From Lingula anatina (Eukaryota > Animalia > Brachiopoda), in assembly GCA_051362555.1 (NCBI GenBank), contig CM120642.1, forward strand, positions 18,910,001 through 18,974,000: a DNA stretch of 64,000 nt, in the 5' to 3' direction. This document shows, piece after piece, positions 58,546 through 64,000 of this stretch. Within the stretch, counting starts at the first letter, position 1, and the number at the start of each line of letters is the position of its first letter. The position numbers were made by a program, and so were the translations under genes. Under the pieces are notes generated by a model that saw only the letters and a program-made list of their open reading frames with translations, had not been told where the DNA came from and did not search any database.

Positions 58546-61500
58546 GTTCAAAACTATATTTTGAAGTCATTTTAGGTATAGTCAAAGTAATTTGATAATG
58601 AATTTGAATTAAGTATTTTTTAAATTAAATAATATGTTAGGACAGGTTTAGTCAAGTGAACTGCTGCATGGGTGTAAAATGGAGTCACCTGATATTGACT
58701 AAATTGAATATCTTAATTAAAGGAAGTGGCATTTGGCATGTACAATGATGAGACTCCGAGTGGAGAGAAAACAGAGGAATATGGACACACTAAAGGTAGG
58801 GCAATGGATCTTTACCATAATGCTGTGAGAGCAGTGGTAATAAAAGCAAAAAAAAAAATGTTAGACCTCTAAATTATAGCATACACATATTTCCAGGAAA
58901 TTTTAACAATTTTCCTTTATCAATAAGGTACATGTATTCAGTATCCAAAAATGTTGAGAAAATGACATTTTTGCATTTAAAATTATGAGAATTAAAAAAA
59001 TCAGAAACTGTTAGAAAGAGCTGAAAAGCCAGTTTATGGATTGCAATTTTGTAAAATGCTTTTCAAGTGCCAATAGTTTCTAAGGATCTAAGCCCAAAAA
59101 GTTACTGAGAGAATAACGTTCCTGTAGTTCCAAGCCAAGTCAGATCAAGTCACCAGCTGTTACTTATGCATGTTCAGATTTACAAATGGTGAAAAATATT
59201 TTATTCCAAAGGAAAGGAGAATGTATAGTTTTTATAAATCATATATTTCTTTTATTTGCAATATTAAAAGGTGTCCTTGCCATGGATGTTTACACTGGGT
59301 TCTGGATGGTGCATAGTGTCCCCCGATTTCCAGAATTCAAGAAATACTCATGGCCGGATTCTGCTAGGGAAAATGGACAGTCATTCCTGTGTATTTCTAT
59401 AACACATCCAGAGGCTGACACCATTGGTAAGTGATTCCTGTGTATGTCCATAAGACACCCTGGGGCTGACACCATTGGTAAGTCATTTCTGTTTGTCTAT
59501 AGCACATCCAGAGGCTGACACCATTGGTAAGTCATTTCTGTTTGTCCATAGCACATCCTGAGGCTGACACCATTGGTAAGTCATTTCTGTGTGTGTCCAT
59601 AACACATCCAGAGGCTGACACCACTCTTGATGAGTGATTTCTCACGTAAATTGTCACTACCTAGTTAAAATAATCTTTTAATCAACAGAGAGATTTAAGT
59701 CTTCCCGAGTTATCCAGAAATGTGGGTATTTCGGTGTTGTATTTATGCCCCCATCTAGAGATGACTAGCTTTGACACTGGCACCTTCAGGGTTTTTTGTC
59801 TCTTTCATTTCTGCTATACTGAGCACTACACATTTTTTTTTCAAAATCTATCCAAATTCATTTTATTAGAAGTTTTGGGATTAAAGAATAGACATACTTT
59901 GAGTTGCTTTAAAGTCGTGTCATGTATTTAAGTTTAATTAAGACCCAAACTTTTCAATTTCTACAGCTCAACAAATGACATACAACCGACCATGGATCTA
60001 TGGCAAGAACTTTCCAGCTAAGTTTGAGCACACTGACCGTGCATTCCTGGGCATGCTGCATGGCAAGTTCCGTAATGGGAACCGCACAAAGATGATCAAT
60101 TCTGCAGGTGGAGAGAAATTCCTTGTCTTTGCCAAGGATGCAGATTTTGGAGCTGGTGAGATTCCATTATTGTTATTATCATCACTGCATGCACCTTGTT
60201 AGTCAATTTTTTTATACCCTTCTATATTCTTATTTAATTGTTTGTAATTTTCACACTGCCTCCTTTTTATTTTCTGCACCACTTATTTAAGGGTGCATTC
60301 CCATAGATTTTAGATCGATCTATCCCCGTGGGGAGTCTCACTAAATTACTGTCAGATAATCTGGCTTAAATGTCCGTCCCGCCTACTACAAGCTGTAAGG
60401 GGGTAATTAACTTTCGTGCTCGCTCGGCTGACAACTATTTAGTGTGAACACCCAGGGAGTTAGGTCGATCTAGTTGGATCGATCTAATCTCTGGGAATGG
60501 GGTCTAAGACTAACTAAATCTAAATCACATTCAAGATTGTAATATCATTGGAGTAATCTCAGTTAATATTGAAACATGGAATTCATTAAAATTAGCTGTG
60601 CTTGAATTGAAAAATTGCTTGAAAAATGCTAGAATTATGTCCTCTCTTTTTTCACTTATCAATAAGGCCTAAGCGAGACAAACCTGAAATGTGTTTGGCT
60701 CTTATTTATATTTATTTCAAGAAGAAAGAGTGTTTTACGTATCCAAGTGTGGGGTGTGAAATACTTTGTACTTGCAGGTCCAGGATGGGGGTTGGGGGTG
60801 GCGGGGGGAGGGAGCGTTACATAATGAAGTGGCACGGTCAAGGGAGGGGGAGTGTTCCTACTCTACCAACCCCTGGATCCACTTCTGTCTTTTTAGTCAG
60901 GGAATACATCATGAATTTCCTATGTTATATCATAGCCCTTGCACCAAAATGCACTATTATCAGTACAAGAATAAAAAAAGATTTTTTTTTTCACTAGACT
61001 TGTATGATTCCTATGTTGGCCCATACCTGGCCAGCAGCTTGTACACAGAAACCTGGCAGAATGGACCGGGGAAGACACCATCCTACTGCAAGGGCCCATT
61101 CCATGTAAGTGCTAAGGCTCCATTCCCATAGACACATCGGCCTATGTGGATTGACTTGGCTCTGCGGGACTCAAGCTGAGTGCCAACAGCTTAACAGATT
61201 AACGTTAAGTCGAAAACAGAGAAGCTGGTGATTATGCAAAAGGAGGCCTGCCATGCAAGTTAGCTGATTGCACTCAGCGAGTGTCCTTGCAGAGTTGGGT
61301 CGAGTCCCTGCAGAGTTGGGTCAAACCACATGGACCCGTGGTGTTTATGGGAATGCACCTTAAGTCTATGGCCCTATTCAGAATAGGAGACTAAGTAGTC
61401 CTAGGGTCAAATATGGTGACCCACTACAAAGCTTGCCGTCCAATCTGCTAATAATCACTGCATGAAAAGATATCGCGTGGAGAAGTATTTGACCCTCAGA

Positions 61501-62421
61501 CTAGTTAGTCCCCTATTCTGAATAGGGTCTATAATAACAACACACAGTTTATATTTGTGTGAACCTGCGACAATATTTCCTACTGGAATGTACAGGAAAA
61601 CATGTCTTTGTGTTTGGCCTGTCATTTATGACTAAATAAATTGAATTACAAATGGTACAGAACATAGAAGTGCGTTATTAATTTGTGAGTGGGAGATTAT
61701 TTTACTTTCTTTTTTTTTTTTTTTAGGTCTGGAAAATTTGACTTGATGGTAAAACCATGGATTTGGTATCATAGAATACAATGGGTTATTTTGATATTCC
61801 CTTTTTTTTTGTTACTGTTTAGGTGGAGAATATCCAGAATATTTCATTCCCTAAAACAGAGATTGCCTTCAAAGAAACCAAGGACCATTCCAAGTGGGCT
61901 GTTACAGTCAAGTCTACACAGGGAGACTGGACTTGTATTGGCGACATAAACAGACAGGTGACATGTCAATATTTTTCTTTTGTTTAAAGATACTATATTA
62001 TACATAATTACGTGTTTGTAAATGTCCCAAAGATATGTCTCATGTCTTCAGAACCTGTATGATGGTATTTATCTTTCCCAATTCAGTATTTTAAATTGAT
62101 GAATACCCACATTACAAATAAAAGCATCTGATGTTGAAAATTCCCTTTTGAAATGCACAGTTAGACATTGTTGTCTTAATGTCTGACCTGCCATTTAGAA
62201 CTGAATTATTTATTAATTAAGAATGGCATAAAACATCAAATCCAAGTGCAGAGAGTGTTGCTTTGTGTGAAAAAAGGTTCAATTTTAAGTGAAAGTTTTT
62301 TTTTGTTCTCTTCCAGGAAGGTCAGCTTCACAGAGGAGGAGGCACAGTGTGCATGAACAACCGCCAGGTCTGGAAGTCTTTCAGTGGCTTGGTGGGTGCG
62401 GTTGAGCATTGTAAAGTATAA
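57388..62421 (+). CDS. DNASE2: Deoxyribonuclease II (plancitoxin/DNASE2 family), about 354 aa
   Basis: Exons 57388-57494, 58220-58412, 58723-58795, 59271-59426, 59967-60155, 60998-61104, 61823-61957, 62317-62421. Signal peptide; VDWFIAYKIP, GHTKG, WMVHSVPRFP, DHSKWAV, CIGDINR, RGGGTVC; both PLD-type HxK motifs intact. Confidence 0.95.
58467..58543. repeat. (TA)n microsatellite
   Basis: Direct read. Confidence 0.95.
59381..59625. repeat. 49-51-bp minisatellite, about 5 copies, spanning the DNase II exon 4 donor
   Basis: GGCTGACACCATTGGTAAGT is repeated, with CCATTGGTAAG at 59421, 59472, 59521 and 59570. Confidence 0.9.
60288..60507. mobile_element. PIF/Harbinger-like MITE, copy of 51532-51752
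   Basis: Near-identical interior (GGCTTAAATGTCCGTCCCGCCTACTACAAGCTG); TAA flanks. Confidence 0.75.
61113..61343. mobile_element. PIF/Harbinger-like MITE with related TIRs
   Basis: TAAGGCTCCATTCCCATAGACAC ... GTGTTTATGGGAATGCACCTTAA. Confidence 0.65.
61370..61530. mobile_element. MITE related to 6323-6500
   Basis: GGCCCTATTCAGAATAGG ... CCTATTCTGAATAGGGTC. Confidence 0.65.
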
Positions 62422-62578
62422 AGGATTATACTAATCTCCGAAATGGGTTGCCAAATATCTCAGCAAAATGAATATGCTGCTGAGTTCAGTACTCATACAA
62501 GATACACAGTTCAAAGATTTTAACACAAACAAGGCATTTGTACAGTTACTGAATATTTTGTTAGTCACGCAAGGTTCA

Positions 62579-62924
62579 AGGGATAACAACTGTTCATTTT
62601 GGCCAAAAAATTAATTTTTTGCGGGGGTAAACAAAAATTTTTCCATACTTACTAATGGTTATTGAATCCATTCCAATATTCAAAGTTAGTCCTGTTTTTT
62701 TTTCTAAAAAGTTTGGTTTTTTGTAATACTCTCTTAAGAGACTATTACAGAGTATAGCCATCTATGGAGGTCACATAGTCCAATGAAAGGCACAAATTCC
62801 AGAAAATTGCATTTAAGTAACTGCCTTTTTGGTAGTAAAATAGAATTTATTATTAAATTTCTGTGCCTTGTTTACAATGTATTTATTGTGAAATATCAAT
62901 ATCACATGAACAGCTGTTATCGCT
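62579..62924. mobile_element. Kolobok-like MITE, third copy, just downstream of the DNase II stop codon
   Basis: AGGGATAACAACTG ... CAGCTGTTATCGCTTTAA; interior collinear with the 2972 and 54557 copies. Confidence 0.7.
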
Positions 62925-64000
62925 TTAATTTTATTTCTGAAGCATATGAAGTTTTAAGGTTCTTAATATTTTCTCAGCTCGAAGAAATTTCCTGTTATTT
63001 TAATCTCAATTTTAGTATCCTAATTAATATCCAAAGTCAATATGTTATAATTGGAGCCCATCGTATGTTAAGTAACTATGCATAAAGAGTATATCCATTT
63101 GTTGCATTTTCCCTTGACTAAATTGTGAATTCTTCTGAAGACTTTTAAATGGAATCATTTTGCCTGCATTATATAATATAGAATATTAGAGTATAAGAAT
63201 TCTTTCCCTGTTCAAAATATTTAATCTTATTATCACCTCTGCTAAGGAGCTCACGCTTTTGTCTTTGCATGTTAACTGCCTATCTCAGTAAGATATGGAC
63301 AGTTTTATTATTTTTTTAATCAGGATACTGAGGTGATGACAATATTCTCAGAGTTTTTTAGTAAAGCATTTTGTTATTAGTGCATTTGTCATTTATACTA
63401 TTATAGTCATGGTGTTTGGATCTTTGTAATCTCCATCTTTGTACACTTTTCACTTTAAAAATATAAGTTTTACTTTTATATTACTAGTAAACAAACAAAC
63501 AGTAGATGAACAATTTGTACTTTGGCAGCTATATAAAACTGACAAAAACTCTTTGGAAGTAATTTTTACATATAGGACAGTGTTTTTTATGTCCAGAAAT
63601 GCCTGTCAAATTATCTTGTTTTCAAGTTGTATTCTTTTCAGAAAAGTTTGTAATAATATATTTTTCAATATCTGCAGCCATGTTACTCAATTTGGATACC
63701 ATATCCTTGTTGGTATCATAAAAATTTTGTATAACTGATCTATGTGGATTTAGTCTGCTTTAACTGATCTCTGTGAATTTAGTCAACTTGGACACATTTT
63801 GCTAAGAGGTCAATCAGAGTTGAAGAATTAAAAAAAAAATGTTTTTACCTCCGAGTCAGACTTCACTTTTAAAGCACTGCTGAATGTATCTGTGATGCAT
63901 TTAGACTACATTGTTGCTTGTGAAATTGCCACTTTTCCATCTTAATTCTGTTATGCAATTCTTATTGAAAAATTTAAAAACTTTTGTTGGTTACTTTTTA

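Overview
AT-rich, intron-rich animal genomic DNA, probably a marine invertebrate (lophotrochozoan/mollusc-like; inferred from the repeat types and gene content). By reading GT-AG boundaries and checking exon phase I reconstructed seven spliced protein-coding genes: KIF3A (-), a signal-peptide YHYH-domain protein with a GPI-like tail (-), an orphan secreted helical protein with polybasic cleavage sites (+), EGFL7/8-like (-), HSPA5/BiP (+), urate oxidase (-) and DNase II (+). The main signal missing from the ORF track is a spliced non-coding gene at about 35.1-39.4 kb (-), divergent from HSPA5. Its introns carry eight box C/D snoRNA-like elements: U76, U80/U77 x2, U14 x2, U47, U74 and one unassigned candidate, which makes it look like a GAS5-type snoRNA host. 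Other points of note: a head-to-head uricase/DNase II pair as in vertebrates, two candidate frame-preserving microexons in KIF3A, nested non-autonomous transposons carrying 146-bp and 161-bp satellites, and many MITEs. Family assignments rest on recalled motifs and manual reading; no database searches were run.
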